A DNA stretch of 32,000 nucleotides from Acaryochloris thomasi RCC1774 (GCF_003231495.1 NZ_PQWO01000015.1:60001-92000); one strand, 5' to 3'. Counted from the stretch's first letter, positions 1-9,587 are shown. A program made the numbers and translations. Notes: generated from the letters alone by a model not told the origin.

Positions 1-246
1 CCGGCACGGTATGTATAGAGTGTCGCTGTCCCTCAAATTCCAGCGTTTTTGAAGGAGAGATAACCATCAGCATGGCAGTGACCTTGAATCCTGTAGCTTG
101 AGCGAATCTATTGATTTTGTGGGGTGAATGTTTCCGCAAGATCTTTTGGGACAGATCATAGAAGCGGCCTTTATGATACATCGATTGCTTAGGCATAAGC
201 CGCAGCTTAGCCTGATACAATCCCAAAGGAACTGAGCGGGAGCCTG

Positions 247-543
247 ATGATGACAAATTCTCAATCTTCGACCACGGGTGCAGATGCAGTGGATGTTGCG
301 ATTGCAAAGGGCTTAGACCTAGATGGCTCCCCGATCCCACCGGTCAAGCTAGAGGTCTACAACAAAGTGATGGCGTTTGAAGCCGGACGCCAGCGCAGTG
401 GGGTTACAAACACAATGAGATCGCGCACCGTCCGCATTGGCGCAAAGCATCTACCCCAAGATGAACTCAATCGAATGCTAGTCGATGCCGATTGGGCACC
501 GCTAAAAGAGAAAGAGATCGCTTTTTACTACGGCAGCAAATAA
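247..543 (+). CDS. hypothetical small soluble protein (98 aa); family not recognised
   Basis: Intact ATG-started ORF ending 4 nt before the convergent gene. Non-repetitive, balanced composition. No motif I can name. Confidence 0.45.
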   Translation: MMTNSQSSTTGADAVDVAIAKGLDLDGSPIPPVKLEVYNKVMAFEAGRQRSGVTNTMRSRTVRIGAKHLPQDELNRMLVDADWAPLKEKEIAFYYGSK

Positions 544-547
544 TAGT

Positions 548-1102
548 TCAGAACGTCGTCCGATACGTTTTTGCCCACTCTCTAATCGCTTGACGCAGGA
601 CACGTCGTCCCTGCTGACGGTGTTCTTCAATGACATAGGGCAGCGATTGAATCGGCAATTCAGGAAAAACTAGGCTTTGGGCCGCTTCAACATACTCACC
701 TTCTTGGAGGTGGTAGATTGTGATTTCCCCATCGTCATAGCACCACAGTTCTGGCACTCCCAATCGAGCATAAATAGGGAGTCGATTCAGAGACTTACGG
801 GTCAAATCAATCTCTAGCGATAAGTCAGGGGATGGATCTCGATCGAGATCAAACTCCAGCTTTCCGCGTACAAGCGACTCGTTCTGGAAATAAAAACAGT
901 TATCCGGCCCTAAACCCGCCTCTTTGATTTTTCTACGCCAGGTGGTAGACCCATAACTTTCATAATCACGGTCTAGAGCGTCTGCGATATCTTTAGTCGC
1001 ATCACTCAGGACTTCTTTGTAGTATTCATGCCCAGGGAAAGGGGTCATGATTTCCAAAGTACCGCGATCGTAGGCAACACGGGCAGCACGGTGGTCGCCC
1101 AA
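548..1102 (-). CDS. Uma2-family (DUF820) putative restriction-endonuclease-like protein; N-terminus interrupted (see findings)
   Basis: RAARVAYDRGTLEIMTP...HEYYKEV...PDLSLEID and the C-terminal GVPELW...Y pattern are typical of cyanobacterial Uma2 proteins. The track start is a TTG. Family-typical sequence RILLHNVSWQQFEALLQDL continues in frame upstream, back to a TGA. Confidence 0.75.
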   Translation of the reverse strand: MGDHRAARVAYDRGTLEIMTPFPGHEYYKEVLSDATKDIADALDRDYESYGSTTWRRKIKEAGLGPDNCFYFQNESLVRGKLEFDLDRDPSPDLSLEIDLTRKSLNRLPIYARLGVPELWCYDDGEITIYHLQEGEYVEAAQSLVFPELPIQSLPYVIEEHRQQGRRVLRQAIREWAKTYRTTF

Positions 1103-1314
1103 GTCCTGAAGGAGGGCTTCAAATTGTTGCCAGCTAACGTTGTGTAAGAGAATGCGATCTCATCTCCGCAGAGCCGAAACCATAGAAACCTGAGCAGATA
1201 GCCTACCGACACATCATAAGCAGTCACCACAGAGAACCGATGGAGCAGCTAAGCTTAGAGACTGGAATCAACATCCCTCCACCGCTACTCTCAATGCCTC
1301 AAGCGCTTAACCCA

Positions 1315-1866
1315 TCAAGTCTCTGGCTTGTCGATCTGAAACGATGTCAAAAACTGATCGGCATTTGGAGCAAAATCATCCTTCGTTTCACCGATCGCCA
1401 GCACTTGATATAGCCGACTTTTCTGTAGGCAAAAGATTCCCTGTGCCGAGGCATCCTTTGATTTCACCGTCCCCTTCGCCTGAAACTTGCGACAGGGAAC
1501 ATCACTAACGGTGGTCGCCTCTTCCTTCACAATCTCACCCTGAATACTGTTTTTGACAGCCCCCTGCAGAGACTGAGAAAGCAGATTCTGCGTGTCGACC
1601 TTTCCCAAAAGATTTCCCGGATAATCGAGGTAAGAAACCAGATAAGCTGCATCAGAAAGTTCAACATCGGCGAGCTTCAGATCTAGCTCTTGCCCCCCAG
1701 GAATCGGGACTTTACGCGTCTTTTCTTCCGCTTCCCCTGGCATAGAGATTGTGTATCCACCTGCTTCTGAAGCATAGTCCTGCCACTTCAGAGTTGAGTC
1801 ACAGGCCACCAATGAGGCCGCAATACCAACCAGCGCAACCGCCATGAAAGGACTCTTATTCAGCAT
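1315..1866 (-). CDS. hypothetical lipoprotein
   Basis: N-terminal signal peptide with a lipobox-like SLVAC (MAVALVGIAASLVAC|D). The remainder is hydrophilic with no recognised domain. Confidence 0.6.
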   Translation of the reverse strand: MLNKSPFMAVALVGIAASLVACDSTLKWQDYASEAGGYTISMPGEAEEKTRKVPIPGGQELDLKLADVELSDAAYLVSYLDYPGNLLGKVDTQNLLSQSLQGAVKNSIQGEIVKEEATTVSDVPCRKFQAKGTVKSKDASAQGIFCLQKSRLYQVLAIGETKDDFAPNADQFLTSFQIDKPET

Positions 1867-1963
1867 TAAAAACTCCGTGCAAAATAAACTGGCAACCTTT
1901 CGTCAAAACAGAAGGCTAGCCATTTCAGCTTATGACACCCTACATCATCCCGGCATCCTATCC

Positions 1964-3373
1964 CTAGGATGACTTAACCTTTAAGACAATTAACGTCATA
2001 TCATCACTATTGCGGGTCTCTGTGCTGATAAACGTTTGTACTTCATCAAACAAATAATCCAAAATTGCCTTGGGGCTACTGTACATATGGCACGCCGACC
2101 GGAACGCCTGCAGCAAATTCTCCTCATCGTAGCGATCGCCCTCAGGATTCGCCGCATCCGTAAACCCATCGGTGTAGTAAATAAGCGTATCCCCAGGATT
2201 AAGCCGAGTCTCTCCCGCTTGATAGACCGTATTGATATCTAGCCCAATCAACATGCCATCGGTATCTAAGCGCTCGATTGCATCGGTTGCGGCCCGCCAC
2301 AGTAGCGGCGGATGATGAGCCGCATTGCTAAAACGTAGAACCTGCCTCTGCGGATCGTACTCAGAGTAGAACAGCGTTACAAAGCGATTGGAGCTTTCTA
2401 AATCCGTGAACATCACCTGATTTAGATTTTGCAAAATCTGATCAGGTGCATGCTGGTTAAGAATATCGTTTCGCAGAATGCCCCGCGTCATGGTCATAAT
2501 CAGCCCCGCAGGCACCCCCTTCCCCATGACATCGCCAATCACCAAACTCCAGCGTTCCACAGGTGACAGACCATCGTAGGGCTTTTCACCAGGAGCACGG
2601 ATCGGGATAAAGTCGTAGTAATCCCCACCAACCTGACTGGCGGTCTGACAGTTAGCCGCTAGCTCAACACCGTCAATATGGGGACAGCGGTGCGGGAAAA
2701 GGCGAGCCTGAATCTCAGAACCAATCTCTAGTTCGCGGGTGAGACGCTCCTGCTGACGGACTCGCTGAGTCAGCTCATCATTCTCAATGGCAACAGCCGT
2801 TTGATCGGCCACCAACTGCGCGAGCTTTTGTCGGGTATCAGTCCACTCATAACTAGGCTCACGACTAAAAAGGTAGAGACGACCACGTTCATGAGGCTCT
2901 AAGTTTCGAACCAAAATTGAGGTACTAAACCATCGATAGTCCTGGGCCAGTTGCTGATCTAAGATCTGCTCTAGAAAATCACTAGGAGAACCCGGCGACT
3001 TAGATGACACCTTAAGCTGTTGAATGGCATCGTCAAGGGTATGGCGAAGTTTCTGACACTGTTGACCTTCATGGCAATAAAGCTGCTCCAAAGAGACCTG
3101 ACCATTGGGCCGAAAGAGCACTAGCGCAGCAGCGTTGGTATCTGTCACCCGACTAACGATCAGAGGAATCAGCGCCAGAAATTGATTGAGATTATTGAAA
3201 CTACGCAGCGAAAAGCTCAAAGAACTCAGCAAATCCTGAGCTTTGGCCTGCTCTCGCTGCAGGTCGGCAACTTGCTGCTGTAGCGCGGCTAATGTCGTCA
3301 CGTTACCCGCAATCCCTGGATAGTCATATCCCACGGACTGAGAGGGTTGTTGTGGCGCTGGAATGGCAGACAT
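1964..3373 (-). CDS. GAF-domain / PP2C-type (SpoIIE/RsbU-like) serine phosphatase
   Basis: The C-terminal ~230 aa carry PP2C/SpoIIE motifs: GGDYYDF, VIGDVMGKGVPAGL, YTDGFTDA and DDMTLIVLKV. The central ~150 aa look GAF-like. The N-terminus has a coiled-coil segment. Confidence 0.85.
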   Translation of the reverse strand: MSAIPAPQQPSQSVGYDYPGIAGNVTTLAALQQQVADLQREQAKAQDLLSSLSFSLRSFNNLNQFLALIPLIVSRVTDTNAAALVLFRPNGQVSLEQLYCHEGQQCQKLRHTLDDAIQQLKVSSKSPGSPSDFLEQILDQQLAQDYRWFSTSILVRNLEPHERGRLYLFSREPSYEWTDTRQKLAQLVADQTAVAIENDELTQRVRQQERLTRELEIGSEIQARLFPHRCPHIDGVELAANCQTASQVGGDYYDFIPIRAPGEKPYDGLSPVERWSLVIGDVMGKGVPAGLIMTMTRGILRNDILNQHAPDQILQNLNQVMFTDLESSNRFVTLFYSEYDPQRQVLRFSNAAHHPPLLWRAATDAIERLDTDGMLIGLDINTVYQAGETRLNPGDTLIYYTDGFTDAANPEGDRYDEENLLQAFRSACHMYSSPKAILDYLFDEVQTFISTETRNSDDMTLIVLKVKSS

Positions 3374-3736
3374 ATTGTCAAAAACGTCAGTTGGCTAACG
3401 CAAGCTCACTGAAAAGTGCGAGGGCTGTTCTGAACAGACAGCTTAACACTGTTGTTAACACACTAAGACTTATTTATCTAACATCAAATAAAGTTTGAAT
3501 TGCGATGCAGCTCAGTATAGACAGTGGAAGTTGTTCAACCCTCACATCAGATCTTCCCGGAGCATAGCGCAATAGACTTTAATTAGCTGATACGAGGGCG
3601 ACATTATGCTTCAGGATACAGTTATGTCAGGAATATGAGCCAGATTAAGGATTAAGGAATAATTTTTCCATCTTTAAGGAAAATTAGGTTTTCACATTTA
3701 TGTTGCTCAGGTTCAAAAAACAACGATTTCATCAGG

Positions 3737-5275
3737 TTAGGAACTTAACAACGCTTCGACAAATTCATAGCTAGAGAAAGGTCGCAGATCAGTAATACCT
3801 TCACCAGCACCAATAAAGCGGATGGGTAAACCTAGCTGCTGGACCACCGCAAGGGCAACGCCGCCTTTCGCTGTTCCATCGAGCTTCGTGAGCACAACCC
3901 CCGTAAGCTGAGCGGCTTCAGAAAAGACCTGGGCCTGCCGCAGTCCGTTCTGGCCTAAAGTTGCGTCCAAGACCAATAAAGACTCCACTTTGGCTTGGGG
4001 GGCTTTCTTATCAATGATCCGGCGTACTTTTTCCAGTTCAGTCATCAGATTCTTTTTGTTCTGCAGGCGACCGGCCGTATCCACTAGCAACAGGTCGCTC
4101 TCTCGGGAATGAGCAGCTGCGATCGCATCATAGACAACCGCTGCCGGGTCAGTGTTTTGGCCAGGATTGGCAATTACATCGACGCCACTGCGTGCGCCCC
4201 ACACTTTGACCTGCTCGACAGCAGCAGCACGAAAGGTATCAGCAGCAGCGATCAGACAGTTGTAGCCAGACTGTTTAGCCACATGGGTAATTTTGCCAAT
4301 GGTGGTGGTTTTTCCAGCCCCATTGACGCCGGTCATCAACCAAATATTCAGGGTTCCCCGCTCGGGGGTAATCGCCGGGGCATAGTCTTTCTGATAAGGC
4401 TCCTCTAGCATTTCACGCAGAAGTTGCTTGAGGTAGTCAATGGCCTCGTCTGGGGGCAATGTTTCTGCGCGTAGCTTCGTTTGCAGCGCCTCTAGAACAC
4501 GATCGGTGGCGGTCACGCCGACGTCAGCCTGCAGCAGCAGCGTCTCAATTTCGGTGACACCGTCTTGATTGAGTGGGCCTTGACCGACGACGGCTTTAAT
4601 TTGATTGACCAGACCTTGCCGGGTCTTGCCCAACCCACGCCGAAGTTTCTTTAGCCAGGTAATCTCTTCGACTGAAACGTCTTCAGGACGTCGTCCCTGA
4701 GCCGCCAAGACTTCTGCTGACCAGATAAAGCCTTCATCAAAGTCCACCGCTTCTGCGACGGGTTCTGCGTTAACGGCGTCAGCCCCCTGACTCAAAATCT
4801 GTGGAGTTTGTTCTGGTTCTGGGATAGGAGGTGGTTCTGGTTCTGAGGGTTCCATCACTGGCTCGGGCGTTGCGGCCTCTTCAGCCTCAGCACTGCTCTC
4901 GCTAGATTCCTCCGCCAGGACTTCTGTCTCGTCTGTATGAGTTTCTTCAGACGCTTCAGAAATAGTCGCAGATTGTTCGGTAGGTTCTTCAGGTTGTTCG
5001 GCGGGTTCTGGCTGCTCGGCAGGTTCTGTAGCCTCAGGCGTCTCAGCTGCGGCCTCTTGCTGTTGCTGAATATTCTCAAAGGCGGCTTTGGCCCAGTTGA
5101 GATAGTCGGGCTTAGCCTCCCCAGAGGTGTCAGGGTCATCCGCTTCTGCTGATGAATCGTCCGATTTCGGAGTAGATTCGACCTCTGAAACGCTTTCATC
5201 AACATCTGGCATTTCGTCTTCTGGAGACTCGGGAGCAAACTGACGACGAAACCAATTGAAAACCATCTGACTCAA
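3737..5275 (-). CDS. ftsY: signal recognition particle receptor FtsY
   Basis: SRP-GTPase motifs GVNGAGKTTTIGK, DTAGR and TKLDG, with a C-terminal FIGAGEG. The ~200-aa N-terminal Glu/Pro-rich acidic domain explains the low-complexity DNA at about 4800-5200. Confidence 0.95.
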   Translation of the reverse strand: MSQMVFNWFRRQFAPESPEDEMPDVDESVSEVESTPKSDDSSAEADDPDTSGEAKPDYLNWAKAAFENIQQQQEAAAETPEATEPAEQPEPAEQPEEPTEQSATISEASEETHTDETEVLAEESSESSAEAEEAATPEPVMEPSEPEPPPIPEPEQTPQILSQGADAVNAEPVAEAVDFDEGFIWSAEVLAAQGRRPEDVSVEEITWLKKLRRGLGKTRQGLVNQIKAVVGQGPLNQDGVTEIETLLLQADVGVTATDRVLEALQTKLRAETLPPDEAIDYLKQLLREMLEEPYQKDYAPAITPERGTLNIWLMTGVNGAGKTTTIGKITHVAKQSGYNCLIAAADTFRAAAVEQVKVWGARSGVDVIANPGQNTDPAAVVYDAIAAAHSRESDLLLVDTAGRLQNKKNLMTELEKVRRIIDKKAPQAKVESLLVLDATLGQNGLRQAQVFSEAAQLTGVVLTKLDGTAKGGVALAVVQQLGLPIRFIGAGEGITDLRPFSSYEFVEALLSS

Positions 5276-5331
5276 TTCTGAAGGGGCATTGGGGCACGCA
5301 GCCTTCCCCTAACTTTACCCCAACGCAAACC

Positions 5332-6492
5332 TCAGCGGGCGGGATAGACGCGCCCTTTCCAGGCTCCACCTTTGCCTTGCCAGTGGCGGCGGGCAGAGTC
5401 AAGGGTCATGAGGTTATAAAACACCGCAATTAGGGGAAGCGCGAAGGTCCACAGCGGCGAGAGGCGGTATAGGCGAATAGTGGGCCAGTAGGCTATTGCC
5501 ATCAATAGCCAAGTGACACCTCCGACAATCGCGATGCTCTGAACGCCAGCGATACAGCCATACAGCAGACTCAGAGGAGGGGCCAAATAGACTAAGCTCA
5601 TGCCAACGATGCTGCCGATCAGCAAGAGGGGGGAGTAGTTGAGCTGGGTAAAGGCGGTACGGGCCACCATGGTCCAGATGCTGTCTAGGGACGTGTAGGG
5701 CCGCAGGCTGACAGTTGAGGTCGTTAATCCTAGCCAGATATTTCCCGACGGTCCTGATGATTTGACGGCAGCGGCTAGGGAGCAATCATCAATCAGGGCG
5801 TCTTTGATCGTGACGAGTCCACCTGCTTTTTTGAGGGCTTGCGATCGCAACAGAATACATCCCCCAGCCGCTGCCGCCATCTTCCGGTTAGGATTGTTCA
5901 CCCAAGGAAAGGGATACAGCTTCTGAAAGAAAAAGACAAAGGCCGGAATCAGCAGCTTTTCCCAGGCGCTATCGCAGCGCAACAGCACCATCAGAGACAC
6001 AAGATCGCGCTGCTCCTGTTCCGCCTTAGCCACCAGTGACCGGACGTTGCTAGGGTGATGGCAAATATCGGCATCGGTAAACAATATGTAGGGCGAATCC
6101 CTCTGTTGCCCAAGGGCCGCAACGCCCTGGTTCATGGCCCACAGCTTTCCGGCCCACCCCAGCGGGAGCGGACTAGTGGTCATGACTTGGAGAGCTGATT
6201 CTTGCCCCAGTTCAACGGCAACCCGCTGAGCGACGGCACCGGTCCCGTCATCGCTTTGGTCATCGACTAGGATAACGGTGAATTTTCCTGGATAATCTTG
6301 AGTCAGCAAAGACTTCAAGCTCTGGGGCAGCACATCCGCTTCATTCCGAGCGGGGACAATGGCGCAGACGTCAGGCCATTCATCCAGGCTTGAAGATGCT
6401 TCCGGCAGCCGCTGATTAGATCGCCAAAACTGCCCCCAAGCCGCGATCAGCAGGAGCCAAATGAGCAAAGACAGAAGACTCAGCCAGACCAC
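5332..6492 (-). CDS. family-2 glycosyltransferase, membrane-anchored (HpnB-like)
   Basis: N-terminal TM helix, then VPARNEADVL...LLTQDYPG...VILVDDQSDDGT, GWAGKLWA and FTDADI (DxD). C-terminal TM helices follow. The HpnB resemblance is from memory only. GTG start. Confidence 0.75.
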   Translation of the reverse strand: MVWLSLLSLLIWLLLIAAWGQFWRSNQRLPEASSSLDEWPDVCAIVPARNEADVLPQSLKSLLTQDYPGKFTVILVDDQSDDGTGAVAQRVAVELGQESALQVMTTSPLPLGWAGKLWAMNQGVAALGQQRDSPYILFTDADICHHPSNVRSLVAKAEQEQRDLVSLMVLLRCDSAWEKLLIPAFVFFFQKLYPFPWVNNPNRKMAAAAGGCILLRSQALKKAGGLVTIKDALIDDCSLAAAVKSSGPSGNIWLGLTTSTVSLRPYTSLDSIWTMVARTAFTQLNYSPLLLIGSIVGMSLVYLAPPLSLLYGCIAGVQSIAIVGGVTWLLMAIAYWPTIRLYRLSPLWTFALPLIAVFYNLMTLDSARRHWQGKGGAWKGRVYPAR

Positions 6493-6496
6493 AACG

Positions 6497-6961
6497 CTAG
6501 TTCGGAGACAGTGAGGCGAGGAAGCTCTGCATCACCTTGATCTGATGCTGATCGGGGGCGGCATACTTGTGCTGTTCTTTGAGAGATGCGATCGCATCTT
6601 CCAGCGGAATACTTAGCTCTTGCGTCAGATACAGCGCACAGACCGAAGCCGATCGTCCGACCCCCGCAAGACAGTGGACGTAAACCACATGGCCTTTACG
6701 GTACCAACGATTTAGAACTTTAATCGCTTGCTCGAACTGCTCCTCAGAAGGAATCCCTCCGGTGTAACCATCAGGAATAGGGACCCGCTCCCAGATAAAA
6801 CTGTGCAAAATTTCGGAAGGCACAGGCGGCTCCGACTCTTCGTTCAAGCAGAGAACAGCCGTAATTCCCTCCCGTCGTAGCTTAGAGACAGACGTCGTGG
6901 TGTGAGGGAAAGAACCAACCGCCAGCTTTTTAGGTAAAACCCAAGAGAAACGTTCAGGCAT
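6497..6961 (-). CDS. dual-specificity (Cys-based, HCX5R) protein phosphatase
   Basis: Active-site loop VHCLAGVGRS (CX5R) in a ~155-aa protein. ATG at 6961; the track uses a TTG at 6967. The stop lies 4 nt before the GT2 start. Confidence 0.8.
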   Translation of the reverse strand: MPERFSWVLPKKLAVGSFPHTTTSVSKLRREGITAVLCLNEESEPPVPSEILHSFIWERVPIPDGYTGGIPSEEQFEQAIKVLNRWYRKGHVVYVHCLAGVGRSASVCALYLTQELSIPLEDAIASLKEQHKYAAPDQHQIKVMQSFLASLSPN

Positions 6962-7171
6962 GCACAAATACCGCTAAATGAGAGAGTGAAGTGGTCCCTT
7001 GAGCAAAAAGACCACAAGACCGGAGGCCCATTGCTAGGATAGCCCCCAAGCTAGATGCTAACAACGTGACGTTATCGATCCAAAATGGTTGCAGTCCATC
7101 CAACAGATTGTGATGGGTGTAGCCCATGAAATCGGCATCACTATCCATACTGTTTTCTCAACAGATAGCCG

Positions 7172-7210
7172 CAAAAAATATCCACCACTTCACGCTGAGA
7201 AGTGGTGGAT
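7172..7210 (-). terminator. rho-independent terminator downstream of the antitoxin-like gene
   Basis: Perfect 11-bp stem (7180-7190 atccaccactt / 7200-7210 aagtggtggat) with a 9-nt loop. On the minus strand it is followed by ATTTTTTGC. Confidence 0.75.
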
Positions 7211-7252
7211 GTCATACCTATTAGCCTGCAGCCTATCAACTCAAAGGTATGC

Positions 7253-7471
7253 TTACAGTTCCCCTGCACTCAGCTCACGATTTTTCGCAGCACGGTACTC
7301 AGCCATCGCTTGGTGCAGAAGCTCATTGAGAGCCTCTTGAGACTGTACGAATGCATCATTCCACTGAGCCTCGTCGTCAAGCCGATCTAGAATCCTGGAG
7401 GCGATCTCATCTTGACGATTGGCAGAGAGAGTTCGCAGTTGTTCAAACGCTCGTGTCAGTAAATCAGTCAT
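7253..7471 (-). CDS. type II antitoxin-like small protein (72 aa), no partner toxin
   Basis: The pattern LLxxAFExxxxLxxxxQDxxAxxxLxxLxDExxWxxxFxxSQxxLxxL recurs in cyanobacterial antitoxins paired with RelE/ParE toxins. This comes from my recollection of the family, not from a search. Confidence 0.55.
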   Translation of the reverse strand: MTDLLTRAFEQLRTLSANRQDEIASRILDRLDDEAQWNDAFVQSQEALNELLHQAMAEYRAAKNRELSAGEL

Positions 7472-7672
7472 GGTGATATATCCTGTGAGGAGGGAGATTC
7501 ACTTCAATTATGGCTCAAAATCTCTTTGCCAATGCTTAGTAAAATATTGCGTTTTTTAAACAAATCCCTCAAGCTTTCTCAGGATTGAGCGGTTCCACGA
7601 GCATCTGTGTCATGCTCTACACTTATCAGCTTCGAGGTTTGGTAGTCTGCGGGTCAAACGGTGAGAAGGCTT

Positions 7673-9049
7673 ATGTTCATTAGCGTTCTTGATCTCTTCA
7701 AGATTGGCGTAGGTCCCTCTAGTTCACACACGATTGGACCGATGGTCGCGGCCCATCGATTTCGAGAGCAGATGCAGGCGTGGCTGTCTACGCTTCCAGA
7801 AAGAGAGGCCGCCCATGTGCGCTGCACGCTCAAGGGTTCATTATCCTTCACCGGCAAAGGACATGGTACAGATCGGGCAATTGTTTTAGGACTTCATGGG
7901 TTTACGCCCCGGTCTTTGACAGAAAGGAATGTAACTGATTTGGCCCACTCCCTGTGGCAAAAGTCCCACATCAATTTTGCAGATGGGTCCGGATTGAGTT
8001 TTTCTCCCAGTGAAGATATCGATTTTAGCCGGGGTCAGCCACTCCCAGAGCATCCCAACGGCATGATTTTTGAGGTACTGAGTTCGACGGGCAGTGTTTT
8101 ACTGCATGAAACCTACTTCTCTATCGGAGGGGGCTTTATTCACACAAAGGCTGAAATTAGTCAGTTGGTGGCTCCCGTCAAAGCGGAATCAGCAGCAACG
8201 TGTCCCTTCCCCTTCGACTCAGCGCGATCAATGCTGACAATGGCCCACGACAGTGGCCTCTCCATCGCAGCGATGAAGCAGCGCAACGAACATGTTCACC
8301 ACCCAGAAGATCAGTTGCAAGAGGGGCTAGACTCCATTTGGCAAGCCATGCAGGTTTGTATTCAGAAGGGTTTAGCGGCTCAGGGAACGCTCCCCGGAGG
8401 ACTGGGCATCTCACGGCGGGCTAAGACCTTGGTTGAACAGCTCCACACCTGCCCTGAAGCTTCTCTCAACGACTGGCTGTGTGCCTATGCAATGGCTGTT
8501 AATGAAGAGAATGCAGCAGGACATATGGTGGTTACCGCACCCACAAACGGGGCCGCAGGCGTGATTCCGGCAGTGCTCTACTACTTCGTGAGTCATGAGG
8601 GGGGCACCTCAGAGCAGGTTCATGAGTTTCTACTGACAGCAGCAGCAATTGGCGGCATTATCAAACACCGGAGTTCGATCTCTGGGGCCGAAGTGGGCTG
8701 TCAGGGAGAGGTGGGATCAGCAGCGGCGATGGCAGCAGCGGGGCTTTGTGCAGTACGAGGCTGTTCGCCTTCTCAGGTCGAAAATGCAGCAGAGATTGCA
8801 CTAGAGCATCATCTCGGGATGACCTGCGACCCAGTCGGAGGATTAGTGCAGGTTCCGTGCATTGAACGCAACGGATTTGGTGCGATCAAGGCTTACACGG
8901 CTGCGTCTTTAGCGAAACGTGGCACAGGGGAGCATTTTATGCCTTTGGATAACTGCATTGCCGCGATGAAACACACGGGGCTCGAAATGTCAGAGAAATT
9001 TAAGGAGACTGCTTTAGGAGGCTTAGCCGTCAGTATTACTGAATGCTAG
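7673..9049 (+). CDS. sdaA: L-serine ammonia-lyase (iron-sulfur, single-chain)
   Basis: N-terminal [22 protein letters not shown] signature and C-terminal [11 protein letters not shown]...MTCDPV...[12 protein letters not shown] at 7673 preferred over the track's GTG at 7661. Confidence 0.92.
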   Translation: MFISVLDLFKIGVGPSSSHTIGPMVAAHRFREQMQAWLSTLPEREAAHVRCTLKGSLSFTGKGHGTDRAIVLGLHGFTPRSLTERNVTDLAHSLWQKSHINFADGSGLSFSPSEDIDFSRGQPLPEHPNGMIFEVLSSTGSVLLHETYFSIGGGFIHTKAEISQLVAPVKAESAATCPFPFDSARSMLTMAHDSGLSIAAMKQRNEHVHHPEDQLQEGLDSIWQAMQVCIQKGLAAQGTLPGGLGISRRAKTLVEQLHTCPEASLNDWLCAYAMAVNEENAAGHMVVTAPTNGAAGVIPAVLYYFVSHEGGTSEQVHEFLLTAAAIGGIIKHRSSISGAEVGCQGEVGSAAAMAAAGLCAVRGCSPSQVENAAEIALEHHLGMTCDPVGGLVQVPCIERNGFGAIKAYTAASLAKRGTGEHFMPLDNCIAAMKHTGLEMSEKFKETALGGLAVSITEC

Positions 9050-9059
9050 GGCAGGCAGT

Positions 9060-9587
9060 TTAGGAAAACACTTGCTTTTGATACTCCTGTTCAGTCATCA
9101 GTTCCTGGGTGCTCTCGACTCGATCGACAAAGACGGTGCCCTGCAAATGATCGAATTCATGCTGCACAATCCGAGCAACGAAATCGGTAAACTCCTGCTG
9201 GTGGGCATGTCCGTGACGATCGGTGTAAGCGATCGTGATCGAATGGGAACGGGGCACCTGACCTCGAATACCCGGAATGCTAAGACAGCCTTCCCAGCTC
9301 TTAAGCAGATCGTCAGACTGACTGATGAGTTCGGGATTGATCATCGCCACCGGCTCCATCGAAGGCGCTTGGGGGTAGCGCAGCGTCGGACGTGATGCCA
9401 CCACCATAATTTGCAGACTTTCACCGACCTGGGGAGCTGCAATCCCCACACCGGCTGATTCCAGCATGGTGGTAATGAGGTGATCGATGAGCTGCTGAAC
9501 CTCGGCATGTTGAATGTGGTCAACTCGCTTCGCTGACGCCCGCAGAACTGGATTGCCGAGTTGAGAAATTTCTAATACGGTGTCCAT
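9060..9587 (-). CDS. def: peptide deformylase
   Basis: The three PDF motifs are present: GIAAPQVG, EGCLSIPG and QHEFDHLQG. Confidence 0.95.
   Translation of the reverse strand: MDTVLEISQLGNPVLRASAKRVDHIQHAEVQQLIDHLITTMLESAGVGIAAPQVGESLQIMVVASRPTLRYPQAPSMEPVAMINPELISQSDDLLKSWEGCLSIPGIRGQVPRSHSITIAYTDRHGHAHQQEFTDFVARIVQHEFDHLQGTVFVDRVESTQELMTEQEYQKQVFS

Noticed and set aside
67-264. 65-aa minus-strand ORF at the left edge.
   Set aside because: It is Cys/Arg-rich, has no recognisable features and overlaps the start of the plus-strand gene. It more likely lies in a promoter or 5' region.
4855-5238. 127-aa and 71-aa alternative-frame ORFs inside the ftsY 5' region (also 4109..4408 and 5199..5402).
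   Set aside because: They lie within the Glu/Pro-rich low-complexity part of ftsY. Their Arg/Leu/Ser/Pro-rich translations are typical shadow frames, and the ftsY frame has clear family motifs.
6954-7148. 64-aa minus-strand ORF between the antitoxin terminator and the phosphatase gene, considered as a possible toxin remnant or small membrane protein.
   Set aside because: It has no toxin-like motifs and overlaps the phosphatase start by 14 nt (8 nt with the preferred ATG at 6961). It sits where the phosphatase promoter should be. I cannot support it from sequence alone.
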